In this document: positions 27,126 through 39,739 of the stretch, piece by piece
How positions within the stretch are numbered: position 1 is the first letter of the stretch
How the letters are laid out: each line of letters starts with the position of its first letter
From: Anthoceros angustus
Taxonomy: Eukaryota > Plantae > Anthocerotophyta
Length of the DNA stretch: 64,000 bases
Reading direction: 5' to 3'
Assembly: GCA_010909165.1 (NCBI GenBank)
Contig: VJWM01000068.1
Coordinates: 186,001 to 250,000 of the forward strand
Notes under the pieces: generated by a model
What the model was told of the DNA's origin: nothing
The model's input: only the letters and a program-made list of their open reading frames with translations
Database searches by the model: none
Program-made: the position numbers and the translations under genes

Positions 27126-28423
27126 GCTGTGCGATTTCTCTTGTTTGCTTAGCTATCAACTTGTGTGCTTGATTCAGCTTGTCGTCCTCTATTAATTGTT
27201 CACATGTGTATTTCCTCTTGCTGCATGCCATCGTCCACCATGATAACGACTCGTTTCCAACCAACTTTGGTCTTCGTAATAAAATGGATTATCATGCTAG
27301 TAATCCTCGCTGAAATTACTACTCCATAATATACTTTTCTATAAGTGAATTAATCCTATTAGCCTACAAGTGAATTAATCCTATTGGATTTCCTTACTAA
27401 CTCTTCTTATACTTGCATTTCTCATTGTGATACGTAGCCTTCTTCTTCTGTGACTACTCAAATAAACTAACATCTTCACCTTTCTTCTTGGGTGCTCTTG
27501 TGTTAACTAGATCAATGCTATCTGACCTATTAAAGTCTAAAATGTCTTTTAAATCATCATCTAGATCTGCAGCATCTTCACCAACCAACAGCTGTTTGAT
27601 AATCTTAGTAGTGTCTACACCTTCGTTGCTTTGTTGGTGGATGATTACCTCAATTACAAATTTCCCCGCTCTCATTATCTTAGCTTCTTCACAAATCAAA
27701 TATGCTTATTGTCTATGTGTAGATTTCACCAAGTCCGCTGACTCTAAATGGCTATGTAAAGCATTTAGACCGTATTAATGCTTATCTCTGAGACCAAGAA
27801 AGATTCTCTTGGTGCAACTATTGAATATCAGTTTTTAGGTATGTACTACTCAAATTAATGACGTTTACTCTTCCTACGATTTTGACACTTGAACTAGAAA
27901 TATCGATTTCAAGTTCAAGCTCAAAATAACTACCCTTAAAACTAGTTGGGCCTAGTTTGTTTAAACTTGATTTTTCTATATTTTTTAGACCTGCAGCAAA
28001 AAAATCATTCAATGTCTTTTCTAAGTCAATATGCTTCTTTTTATGTACCAAGTTCGTATCCTACTCGAGGCTTGATATCTTTTACTTTCTTTGTTTATAA
28101 GCTACGCTGAGTGAATGTGAACCCGAAACGAGAACAGTATTTCACATTCTCAATCATAAACCAAAAAGAGAATAGAACTTCTCACATTAGACATTGAATT
28201 TATCTATAATGAGGTTTTATATTTTTGCATCATTCTCATAGTCCAAGACAACGGATGACAAGGGATTAATTTCTAAAGGCATGCAAGAATACTCTTCCAA
28301 ATACAAATCTGGCACATGGAGGTGTACACAAGCTGGTTGTGTAAAATTAATTTGAACAACAAAGTCCAATTGCACTCGCACTTGACTTACAGGCCATCGC
28401 ACCATTAGATGGTAAATCTAGCT

Positions 28424-29548
28424 TTTTGTATAGACTTAGTTTAAGATAAAGTTTTGTACTTTCGTTAACCATAAATTACGCATAAAAAATGCAAATACTT
28501 TGTATGTCTATATGGTATTAGTGTGAGATGAAGAAGATTTGTACTTGCGTTATCTTCGAACTTGTCATGGAAATAAGAGTTCAAGATTTTGGCAGCTAAA
28601 AACGTGAGTGCAAACTTCAACTCGTAGAAAAACATATGTGCAAAACTTTATTTTCTGCAAACCGCCAACGGAAAATGCGAGTGCAAAACCTTTTTTTTTT
28701 CTCTGAAAAATGCAAGTACAAAAGTTCATTTTGTGCACGCAAACTTGACCTCGCTTCTCGTCTCACCTTTCCTCTCCATTGTCAATAATATAGTTCATGC
28801 CTAAATGTCGTTCCACAAACCAATGACAAGGAGAAGATATGGTAATTATGTAGGAAAAACATTAAATACAATACCTTACGTATTCATGAACCCTAAACAG
28901 AACAAAATTTGGACATGGGAAGTTGTAGGCCAGGCATTCTATAATTACGGCACTTCTTGCGGCAACATGGTATTAAATCCTACGACTAAAGGTTTTCGTG
29001 CTCGATGTCGTACCAACTTCTGCGCTCAACACTGGATTGCTGCCAGCTTCCTTTCCTCGACTGATAAAATAGATTTACCACTTTTATCACATAGGTCGGG
29101 TAGTGCAGCCTGCTATATACACTAGATTGTGGAACGAACCTTGGGCATGTTCTATAAAGACCTATAAAGGCACATTGTTGACAATAGGGAGGAAGGGTGA
29201 GACAAAGAGGGCGAGGTCAAGTATGGAAAACAAAGTTTTGCACTCGCATTTTCCTTAGGAAGTTTGCGATGAAAAAGTTTTATACCCGCATTTCTCATGG
29301 GCGGTTTGCTAATAAGAACATTTTGCACTGACGTTTTTACACGAAAAGAAGTTTTAAACTCACTTTTTCAGCGAGGAGAAGTTTCGCCCTCTCATTTTCA
29401 TGGAAGTTTGTAGATAACCGGAATACAAATCTCCATCTTATACTAATACCATATAAATATACAAAGCATGTTTTGCATTCATGAGTTTTGTGCACAATTA
29501 GTGGCAATCAAAACTACAAAACTTTATCTAATGTTGATTCTATACAAA
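28424..29548. mobile_element. Foldback/MULE-like non-autonomous element: ~370-bp degenerate inverted repeats (28424-28789 and 29174-29548) around a ~385-bp spacer
   Basis: acttgacctcgcttctcgtctcacctttcctctccattgtcaataat (left) matches the reverse complement of attgttgacaatagggaggaagggtgagacaaagagggcgaggtcaagt (right). agataaagttttgta...tatatggtattagt matches actaataccatata...tacaaaactttatct. Internal modules resemble aaaatgcgagtgcaaaac. No TSD identified. Confidence 0.6.
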
Positions 29549-31422
29549 CATGTGGAGAATCACATAGCTTCTCCAACCCTTCCTCCCTAAGCTCCAAGCC
29601 TTTCCAATCCTAATCACTGATCTTAATACTTGATTATTATATTTATCTAATTTATCACAACTCTTGAAAAAAAATTAATATTAAGATCATACTCTACTGC
29701 CCATCTATATTAGTTTGCACCCACCATCCCCCAAGATAGTGCACACAAGATACTAGAATCCTCTCCCACCCAAACGTACAGGTGAAATAAGATAGGATAC
29801 TTAGAGCCGCCGTGTGCCCCACCTTGTCGGACAACTTTGAGCACCATATATGGCCATATGTTGGCCTTTATGGTCGTGGGCATGCCGGAGTAGTGGTACC
29901 TACTGACTGTGGAAAGTGAGATCTGGTGGCGGAATAGAAGTTACCTGCCCTCTCTCCACGTTATCCGTAAAATGCGCACAGTACTGTATCTGCTTGTTAG
30001 CCTTTCTCATTTCTCCCCATGCCGAGAGGGGTGTCAGGTTGATTCAGGAATGCACTTCCAAGTGGCGGGTTCAGGTGTATCCGTGAATGGCTGGTAGGCC
30101 ACAACTGCCAGCCAACAGGCTCGGATGAGAGCATTCTCAAAGCGATATGGTGTAGTTTACAGGCCCTGAAATATTCCGACGACCTGAAGAGGAAGGCGCC
30201 GGACTCTGGATGAATAAATTATCCTAGAATCAGGTCGAGAATGTGGAGCATTGCAACCATTTCCGTGGCGGATTCAATGTCTCGGGGATTACGCGATTTG
30301 TTGAACAGGCGGCCCACATGTGCGGCACGGTGGGCAAATGTCAGGCCCAGGCAAAATCAGAGGACGGACTTGACCCGACTTCCATCAACCAGAGTTCACC
30401 AGGAGTCTGGTCCCGGGGCAGCAAATCGGGCTGCCTGCCACAAGCGCTACGTAATCGGACTGGACCCGCTTTGCGAGGACCGAGCTAAAGGGTTTCCGAA
30501 AGCAAAGAAAACTTTGCGAGGAGGGGAAAGCAAAGAAAACTTTGCAAAGAGCAGCAATGCTTTTTTTCTTGGATACCTAGCGTTATACACTAAAATACAT
30601 AGCGTGAAGCAAGTGCTCTTATCCTGCGTGAAGATTAGGCTTTCCACAGTTCCAGAGTGCACGCTTTCGCATGACCCGAAAAGCTCCGCCTCGTCCTCCA
30701 CAAAAGCTGATTTTGAAAGCTCATCCACATTCGCACGCGATCCCGCAGAGGATTTGCCCCAGGACATCTTAACGGGCACGGGGGATGGGCAGCACAAATA
30801 GGTGTGTCGCACAGAACACCTGCAACTTGAAGGAGCCAAGCCAGCTCTTCAATGTCACCTACTGGACACCCCGGTTCATGGCTGCCCTTCCACCTACAAA
30901 CTGATCGCATTGATACGATTGGTGTGTGATGGCATAGAACAGCATCACATACCATCCAATGCCCTTCCCCCAAGTTTAGGTGTGCCTCACCATATGGCTG
31001 GACTCCGGAGCACATCAACAACCAGGCCTGTCTGGCAAACGCCGGAACCACTGAACAGACCACCCCTTGGAACTCGTGCTTTTCTCACAGCCATTGTGTG
31101 AAGTGAAACCTCCTACCCTGCATAACAACACGGCACTTCTGACCGGTGAGGAATAAGATCAGCACTACTTTTACCACTTGAATAGAACTGTCCACAGTCC
31201 TGGCCTGTTTCCCCAATTGTGGAGGGGCACACAAAAGAAAAACATGAGGTTACTCGGTTTAGCCAATAAGAGGTTTTCTCCGAGACCTCAAGGAGCTTGC
31301 CGTTGGCTTAACACTCCGCAGTTTTGTGTTTTTCTGCAACCATAGGGATGCACTGGCCCTTCACTACAGTTCCTGGTGGAACTGGCAGCAAGTAGTAGGC
31401 ATTGTTTCACTTTGTTTGCAGG

Positions 31423-31586
31423 TGCATGATGCAAACTGGCAAGGCTGCATGCTTGCGATCAGGTATCAAAACAAAGCCAGTCTGCATAATCTGCATGGAG
31501 TCTGTACATGGCTCTGTTTCAGTACACTTCACAGCAGCTTTCTTCTTGTTGCTTCTTCTTCTTCTTCTTCTTTTCAGGAACACGTG
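31423..31586 (+). promoter_or_regulatory. Cluster of three RY motifs (TGCATG) and a G-box/ABRE (CACGTG) upstream of the legumin gene
   Basis: TGCATG at 31423, 31446, 31492; ACACGTGAC around 31580-31588; 240-400 bp before the ATG. Confidence 0.45.
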
Positions 31587-31826
31587 ACTGGCAAGCATCT
31601 GGTGTGGCTCCAAGACGCCGGTCTCATGTGTAGGACAGCAGCTGGGAGGCCCAACGCCATGTTGAACCGGCAGTGGGGGCATGTTTGCCATATCTGTCAT
31701 GCTGTGCTCCAATACTTAAGCAGCAGGCTCCAGTCACACAGCATCTCAGTCCATCGATCTGTGTGTCAGCAGCTAGCAAGGGAGCCTGCAGTAGTATCAG
31801 ATTGGATACGACACGACTCGCTCAGC

Positions 31827-33603
31827 ATGGGTCTGAAATGGGCTCTTGCCCTGGCCTTGGCCTTGTCCTGTGTGTGCGCGGCAGTGGGCCTTAGAGCCGA
31901 GCTGCAGCTGGAAGAGCCTCGGGAGATTCTGCGGACTGATGGAGGCAGAATCGAGGCTTGGTCCAACATTCGGTCTCTGAGAGAAGCCAACGTGGCCGCT
32001 GCAAGGATCACCATCAGGCAGCGTGGCCTTGTGCTGCCCAAGTACTCCGACTCGGCGTGCATCGGATACGTTGAGGATGGTGGGTGTTGAGACATGGAGA
32101 TGACAGATGTATGCATGCACTTCTTCCTGGTTCCGAGACCGTGATTAACGTTATGCATGCCCAGAGCCATGGTCGACTGAACTCGTGTCTGTACATGTGA
32201 AGTGGTGTGAAAGCATTTGATCACCGTTGTTCTGACTTGGGACACCTGCTGCAGGTGAGGGTTATGCTGGGATTCTCACCGGCTACTCCTTGGGGGAGTC
32301 TTCGGGTGTGAGGCGTGTGAGACGTGGTGACATTGTGGCCTTCCCTCGAGGTGTTGCCTCCTGGTGGTACAACTCCGGCAACAGCGAGCTTCGCATTCTT
32401 GGCCTTGCCGAGACATCGGCTGGATATGAGGCTGGTGAACCAACGGTAGGAAACTTGCAGATGAAATGTAGGCGATCCCATGAGTGCGAGCTGCCTTGAC
32501 TTGAACTGCCTTCGCGAGCTGATCGGAGCTGCTCTGTTTGCACTTTGCACCAAGCAGGGATTTTTCTTGATCGGCGGAGGCCGGGAGGGCGGAAGCGAGC
32601 ACCAGCACGGGCACGAGAGGCGCCAGGAAGGGCAGCAGGAATTCCGTGGAATCTTGCACGGATTCAGGAGGGAATTCCTGGCGGACGCATGGGACGTGGA
32701 TGAGAGACAGGTGGACGAGCTCCTGCATAGCCAGCAGGGTGTGGGCATCGTCCAGGCTGAGCGTGATGTGAGAATCGAAGAGAGCCGCGGTAACCCACTG
32801 CAGGGCAGCCAGACCCATTTGCGTGAGCACATTGCAAACGGGGAATTCGTCTACAACATTCGGGAAGGTTCAGCTGACGTCCGCGTTCGCAATGCTGGGC
32901 TCTACAACGCCGCCAACAGGTTCAAGCTCCCGATTCTCAGGAATGTCAACTTGGGTGCATCATACGGCCGTCTCGAGCCGGTAATGCCTTCTCCCTGTGT
33001 CCGCCTTTGAATCCTGACTACAAGCTTGGCATTCTGATTCGCATGGCTTGATTGTGGGCATGGAACAATATCAGAACGCAATTCTGGCTCCTCAATGGGC
33101 TCTCAACGGCCATATCATCGTGCACATCCTGAGAGGGTCCGGCAGACTGGAAATCGCTGGCAACGACGGAGAGCGACTTGTGAGCCAGGAGATCAACGAA
33201 GGTGATGCGTACGTCGTGCCACGCTTCTACCCCCACGGCGTCCAGGCTGGAAACGAAGGATTGGAATGGATTGCCTTCCACACTACAGACCAGTAAGCTG
33301 CATGCTTGCCACAGCCCACGTTTTTGCCAGCCAAATTTCATGCTTCCACCATCGTCCAATGCTAACCCAACTCTCTTGAACTTGCTCCTGTTCAGACCTC
33401 TCGCTGAGGCCCTTGCAGGCAGGACATCCGCTTTGAGTAACCTCCCGGTCGAGGTGGCAGCTGCAGCCTTCAATGTGGATGTTGAGGAGGTGAGACAGAT
33501 CAGGGAACGCCGGGAGAGGCCAGCATTCCTCCTCCCAGGACGTCGGAGCGAGAGGCACAACTTCGACAGCTCCTTCCTGCGCCACTTCAAGAGCAGCAAG
33601 TGA
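31827..33603 (+). CDS. 11S globulin/legumin-like bicupin storage protein with signal peptide, 5 exons
   Basis: Exons ~31827-32079, 32255-32445, 32558-32980, 33075-33292, 33397-33603. Signal peptide MGLKWALALALALSCVCA. Cupin-1: LVLPKYSDSACIGYV..GDIVAFPRGVASWWYN. Cupin-2: LPILRNVNLGASYGRLEPNAILAPQW..RGSGRLEIAG..VVPRFY..GLEWIAFHT..LAGRTSALSNLPVEVAAAAFNV. Confidence 0.92.
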
Positions 33604-33959
33604 AGGAACATAAATTGAGCGAGGTGGCTCCCTTTCTTCATACATGTAGCTAAACAGCAACCAGGCTCACACTGTGAAGCCTGGAGATGGAGAGGCTGTG
33701 AAGTTCACAGCCTCTCTTCTTGAGCAATAAAGTTTTTAGACTGGAATCTTTTGTGCGGTGATTATATCCTTCCAAGTTGCGGCAATCGGCGTCTTTTCTT
33801 GCCTGGCTCTGGGGATGAACAGCATCCCAACCAGAAAAGTATGCAACGGTCCGTCCATGTATGTCCACCAGTTCTCATCACCCGGCGGTTCCCTGACCTG
33901 ATTTCTACCCACGCTGCCTGCATCCCTTTTGCCCGCTCCATCTTGGCTCCGGTGTTATA

Positions 33960-34200
33960 TTCGACATCAAGACACATGCTGCACTTTTGACAAGCACCCA
34001 ATAGAGTGGGCCAACCTGAAGCAGTAGCCAGTACAGGCATTGTCGTTACCAGAAGCTAGTGCCTTGTCCAGTTGGCCTGCACCGCCCAGGAGATCTAGCA
34101 TGCATGTGTTGTGTTCCACTCTGGGACTCATGCCGTAGTGTGTGGTCATAGACTCCAAGTACTCTCTCCCCTCGTCCACTAGACTCGCATGACTGCTGAT
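33960..34200 (-). pseudogene. PLS-class PPR gene fragment (last PPR motifs / E-domain start), frameshifted
   Basis: SHASLVDEGREYLESMTTHYGMSPRVEHNTCMLDLLGGAGQLDKA, then MP.....W.TLLGACQ in another frame. No upstream PPR array. Confidence 0.8.
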
Positions 34201-35188
34201 ACACTGAGGAATGTGATGCCAACTGGGTGCTGGACAATCCACCTCCAGCGAGACATCCTCTTGGACGAGCTGGATTTCTTGCAAGGGCGAAGGATTGCTT
34301 ATTACCCAAAGCTTGGCTCCTCGCCTTCTTCCCGGCATGCACGTCGAGCCACACATGGTTCGCACAAGCACGCTAAACGTACGGATGCGAAAAATGTTAC
34401 CACCTGGAACAGAAGACTGAATTCACAGAAGCTGCCACTGTCGATGAATGCAAGGTCCGAACTGAGACCCAAATGAGCAACTGCTAATCCATTTCCTTGT
34501 CAGCGTGCATGATAGGCAGGAGTGTAACCAGCAAAGGCGTTGTCCTAACTAGAGTCGACTCAAGTTTACATACAGCACAGGGGGCCTAGATTGGGCACCC
34601 CAGCTGTTTCAGTCACAAAATTTTTAAATGGGTGTACATGTCCTTCAACTTGTTTGCTCCTCGCATCTCACAAGGGGAACCTAAGATACCTGTCTGTGTG
34701 AAACCACCTATCTGAAGTTTCACAGTATTTGCATCCTTGTGGACATCTCGCTTTGTTCCCTGTATAGGTTGCTTCGATGGATATGTTAGCAGTCGGACAT
34801 CCATGAGTTATGGAGCTGCTGTCGGGGGGTGAGGTTTAGGGCAGACGCCATAAACCTTCCCACACAAATGAGATGACCGCCGCTGATATGACTCACCGTG
34901 TTTCATAGTTGACCTATTTCAGCTTTGCCTGACTCTTGGAATGATTCTCATCCCCAACCTCGCCATCCATGTCTGTCCACCAGGTCTGACCCGGCTTTTT
35001 CCATGCCCAGATGCTAGCCGTGTTCGCTTCCCTAGGACTCAACCTCCAGATCAGTGCAGTTCCTGCACCATTGGATGTGGCTTTGTAGCAAAAGTACAAC
35101 GAACTCAGGGTCCACGATGAAACTTCTTGGTTATTCCCCACCATTAGTTCTCCTAGTTCATCAAGCGACGCAGGAACCTGGGAGACTA

Positions 35189-37251
35189 CTATTTTCCCTT
35201 CACCTTACAGTACGCATACATTCCTGAACCTACGAATCCAAGAATCTGGCCAAACACGTTGAACTGCACATAGAGGAGCATGAGCCTGTAACAGATTAGA
35301 TTGAGTAACTTTGAAGAAGCAAAAGATATGAAGTACCAATGCACACGAAGTAGAAGTCTGTGTAACTTGAGTTTGAGAAACTAATGTTTTGCTGTGACGT
35401 ACCCAATCAAATTGAAGACCACCAAACACCAGCCATCCAAATAGAACAGTGCCAAGATCCTGCACAGTTCTTTTCACTTTTATACTGAAGTGGGTAATCT
35501 TCTGCTGACTAGGTGGACATTCCAGAAGGCTGACGTTCACACACACAACAGAAACAAAGGTTCTCAAGCGCTCAAATCGTACCTTGAAATTTCCACACAT
35601 AGTTTGCGTGAGCGGTGAATTTAAGGACGTGTTGAGAAAGATGCTATAGTTTAAACCAAAAGCCAAAATACAGGAAAGCAGCAACACTACCTGCATAACC
35701 CAACCACGAGAGTCAATGACGTACGGCTTGTTCCAAGACATACTGGCATGCAAACAAAGCTCTTCTTACAGACCTGAAATCCAACAGAATATAAGGGTGG
35801 AAACTGGAGGGCCAATGAGAGCTCTCCACTAACCAAAGTCCAGAGAAAGAGAACAGGCCCACAGATCAAACCTGCATAAATCATGAATATGCAAAATGCA
35901 TTAGTAACATACTTGTGGTAAACATTAGCAAACGCAACTGGTCAGGCTCCAAGGGGAGGACAAACTACCATTGCACCACATCAACCCAAAGCTGTTGAGT
36001 CCTGTGGACTTTCCTGTTGGCATTACATGTGTAAGTGGTATGATGGAAGGTAATGACAATAGAAGGACTAAACCCCCACAAGCACCATAGCCTACCAAGT
36101 CGGGAGATAGTGGCAAGGTAAATCGCTGTTGTCAAGTTCGATAGGAACACAACTGCATACCCTTTGGCATCAAAAGAGAAGTCACTAGCCCCAGCTACAA
36201 ATGCTCCAAATATTATTACGCCAACACTGAAGATCACCCAGAAACAAAGCAGAAGAATTATTAGGTGCATCGTACCACCCAAACTTACACCTCAGAGCAA
36301 AATTGTTCAAGAGGAAACTGTATCTAGAGAGAACAGTGCATCATCAGCTCCCACTCTGCAACAAATGACCTGCTATAACATGTTACCATGTGGCATTGCT
36401 GATTCAAGTGGCGAGGGCTCACCTCACACCAATAGGTACTGAATGTGTTTGACCAGCAATCACATACTCCATGACCATTGTGAAAAAGACAGTAGTCCTC
36501 CGTAAGGTTGTGTACATGGGTACATTCACACCTCGTACTGCTGCCATACCAACCACCTACAGTTTGATCATAACAGAACCATCGGTTGACAGAACCCATA
36601 CAGAGGAGGCCATCACTAACCAGGAACAACCCTCACTGCAAGCGAAACTGCAAAGCAAGCCCTTGGCAGACAAGCTGGATGCCAAATCTGATTACCATGT
36701 AGAAAAGGTAGGCGATGGAGAGCGGCGAGGCCTGCTTCAAAACACTCAGTGACACAAAGCGTTTACTAGAAATATCCGGTCCTCCACTTGTATCTTGAAA
36801 CGTAATCATATCCCAGGAGTGCAAAAGGTACAGAACCATGGTGGAGCATATGATCTGCAAAGGCCCAAGCCACTCAGGGACCGTACTTGAAACAATCTCA
36901 AGCCTGTCAATCAACGGTAAGAAGCACACCTGCAGAACTGTAACGATGTTGGCACAGGGGAACCCATAGGAAGACAATGCCGCCTTGTTGAACAGCACCA
37001 GCAAGACTGCAACACCCCATGACGGAGTCAGCAGCTGGACAGAGACCACGCCACCAACAGACAACTTTGCCAAGTCCAATCAGGCACAGCCGTGATGCTC
37101 TTCCAACCGTACCAGAGCATAACATGTAGGAGACTGCCGCTGACACCCCTCGCCGGCTAATTTTCGAGTTCTCCTTGAGCAGCGGGCCATCCTTCTTTGA
37201 GACTGCCGAACTCCCCCCCAGCAGAGGAGGTTGCGAGCTCGTATTCGCCAT
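35189..37251 (-). CDS. UGNT1: Nucleotide-sugar transporter, UGNT1-like (UDP-GlcNAc transporter, SLC35D-related), multi-exon
   Basis: Spliced product MANTSS...ISRRGVSAAVSYMLCS VLLVLFNKAALSSYGFPCANIVTVLQ...RGVNVPMYTTLRRTT...LNSFGLMWCNG...LNYSIFLNTSLNSPLTQTMCGNFKD...GSGMYAYCKVKGK*. Stop at 35189-35191. Confidence 0.9.
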
Positions 37252-37861
37252 CCCGATCAAGACCTGGATCCCCTCGTCACCTCACTCCGACAGGCTCCTC
37301 ATTGCGACAAACCTAGCAATCATGCCTGGTTACAGCCAACAAGAGACCGAGCACCGCACCCCAGAATCCTGCCTCCCAGACTTACCGGGATCCACTTGCA
37401 CGAGCTACAGCTGCCATCGCTGGCTTGAACCCCGACAGCAGGTGGACGATGCACTCCAGATCCGTCCTTGACGTTTCCTGAAATGCATCGCTGAAACCGC
37501 TCCGATTCGGCGATTAGATCAAGCTCGTTGTCCTGGTCAATCGGTCAAGCAAACAAGAGCCTGGCGGGACACGACCTGCTGCCGACTATCTAATTTAAAT
37601 CTTTGGACCTTGCTCCGATGAATTTCTGAAACAGGCTACCGCTTTGAGCGCCCAAAGCCGATGGGGAATCGGACGTGGAGTTTCAAGAACAGAACATTCT
37701 TGTTGCAGGCTTAACTGTACACAATGCGGTTTACACGCCGCCCTCAATTAGTGACAACTATCTGTACAAGCACAGGACATCTGGGCTGGTGTCTTCACTC
37801 CAATCGTCTGACATCTATAGCCCATGTCCATGTTTACATGCAGTCCCGTGGGTTCAGCAGC

Positions 37862-38162
37862 CGGCCAGCACTCACAGCAGGCACATTTCTGGCAACAAAT
37901 GGCTGTACAGGAATATATACATACATACAACACACACGAACATCCCCCGAGCGGCCTAGAAGAACTCCCATTTTTTGTACACCTTCTCCACGATTCCTCC
38001 ACCTGATCTGGCGGCTGGCCAGCACTCACAGCAGGCACATTTCTGGCAACAAATGGCTGTACAGGAATATATGCATACATACAACACACACGAACATCCC
38101 TCGAACGAGCTAGAAGAACTCCCATTTTTTGTACACCTTCTCCACGATTCCTCCACCTGATC
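37862..38162. repeat. 154-bp tandem duplication of the last codons plus 3' UTR of the adjacent gene
   Basis: agcactcacagcaggcacatttctggc at 37867 and 38021. Both copies contain RSGGGIVEKVYKKWEFF* on the minus strand. Confidence 0.9.
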
Positions 38163-39739
38163 TTATGGCGTAGTTCAGCGTGTCCACAGCAGGAGGAACT
38201 CCCCACAGACGGGGCATTGCAACTGTCATTATCAGCTTTTCGTGCACTCCCCCCTTTATTTCCCTCTCAGCCACTACGATCTGTTGGGACAGGAATACGA
38301 GCTTCTGGTTAAAAGTGGTTGAGCGGATACGGAGAGATCAGTTGAGGTAAAGGGTGAAAACTTCTGAACGAACGTTTTGGACAGGGTAACAACAGATTCA
38401 GAAAATGGGAGACTGTTACCTCTCCACCCTGTTCCAATACGGTGTCTTCAACAACGTCACTCAACATCTCAGTGGAACGGCAGAACCCAAACACGCAGAA
38501 TCTTCGACCCATGTCTAATCCCTGCAGAAGCATACTAGCATATGTTACCTTCCACCAGAAACAATAGAGGTCACCTCTGCTGGGAGACAAGGTATATCTG
38601 CAGAGAGGATCTCAGATTCGATAACAGCTTCTGAGTACTTGAGCTTACATTGGTTGCTACTATGTCAAACATAGCTCCGAGACAAAGCCCTTGTTTAGGA
38701 TCCATGTAATCCTCCTCACGGAATCGTCGTGGCCTCCTGAAGTTGACATACTTTCTCTGCACAAAGTGTGCAGTGAATTGAGGAAACTTCTCTAAGTACC
38801 AGGGAATATCCTGCTGCATGAAACTGTGAAGTTACAGAGCACCGCACCTCAGAAGGATTGATGAGCTTCAAACCCCCTCCGATTTGCAACAAACCATCTG
38901 TTGTGATCAAAGTGACGGACTCTTCCTGCACCCACTGTGGTGCTGTGGCAACAAAAAAAATCAGCAACTTGAACGGCAACACACCCGTCAGGTGGTGACC
39001 TTCTCCTCAACAGACTGGTGAACTCACTACATGGAATGACGGAGTTGAGTCAACTGAACGAAACCGTGTCAAGAACCGGACAAAAGCCAAGCAGCAAACA
39101 CGTTAGGACAGTTTTGAAGAGTGATTTCCCTGTCTGGAAGTACAAGACTCTAGTCACAACGGACTTTGACAAATTGGAATAGCACTCGTGAAAGGTGGTT
39201 TATGAGATCTATCACAAGAATCGCTATGGCGCTTGCACTGCGACTGGCTGATCCACCAGGGGAGAAACATACATCTAAGAGGTAGATTCAAACCTTTCTT
39301 CAGCCATTGTTGTGACACATCAGCAAGCACTGACATAAATCAGAGCAAGCTTTAGCATGAAGTCTGGTTGCAAGGAACGCAATCATATGTCACGGTTCAC
39401 CGTCTCTTAAGACGCGACTGACATTTCTGCCACCACTCTGAAAGGCTTATTACAGGCATAGCTGTAACAGCACCTCCGTAAGACAGTAGATGCACCCCAA
39501 AAGGAAAAGAAGGAATGCAGCGTTTCATCCACAAACCAGACTTTGAAACTTGAAAGCTGACGTACCATTATTGTCCACGCTCTGCCACAAAGGGTCCCAT
39601 GGATACAAACCATACTCATCCCTGGGGCCCCATGTCGATCGGTCACGGTCATCTTCCCCATCCTTTCTAGAGGAATCGCGGGAGGCACGGAGATGCAAGC
39701 AATGATGCCGTCCACTTCGATGGAACCTCCCACGTGCAT
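38110..39739 (-). CDS. Conserved land-plant protein of unknown function, multi-exon; 5' end uncertain
   Basis: Exons encode PQWVQEESVTLITTDGLLQIGG, RRFREEDYMDPKQGLCLGAMFDIVATN|GLDMGRRFCVFGFCRSTEMLSDVVEDTVLEQGGE|IVVAEREIKGGVHEKLIMTVAMPRLWGVPPAVDTLNYAIRSGGGIVEKVYKKWEFF* (last exon 38110-38280). This C-terminal block is recognisable from uncharacterised angiosperm proteins. Confidence 0.85.

Noticed and set aside
29888-29895. GTAGTG as the right end of a CACTA element
   Set aside because: No matching CACTAC left terminus, TSD or subterminal repeats were found.
30088-30190. Short hairpin plus GGATGA...CTGA resembling a box C/D snoRNA
   Set aside because: Box C is non-canonical, there is no terminal stem, and no rRNA guide is recognisable.
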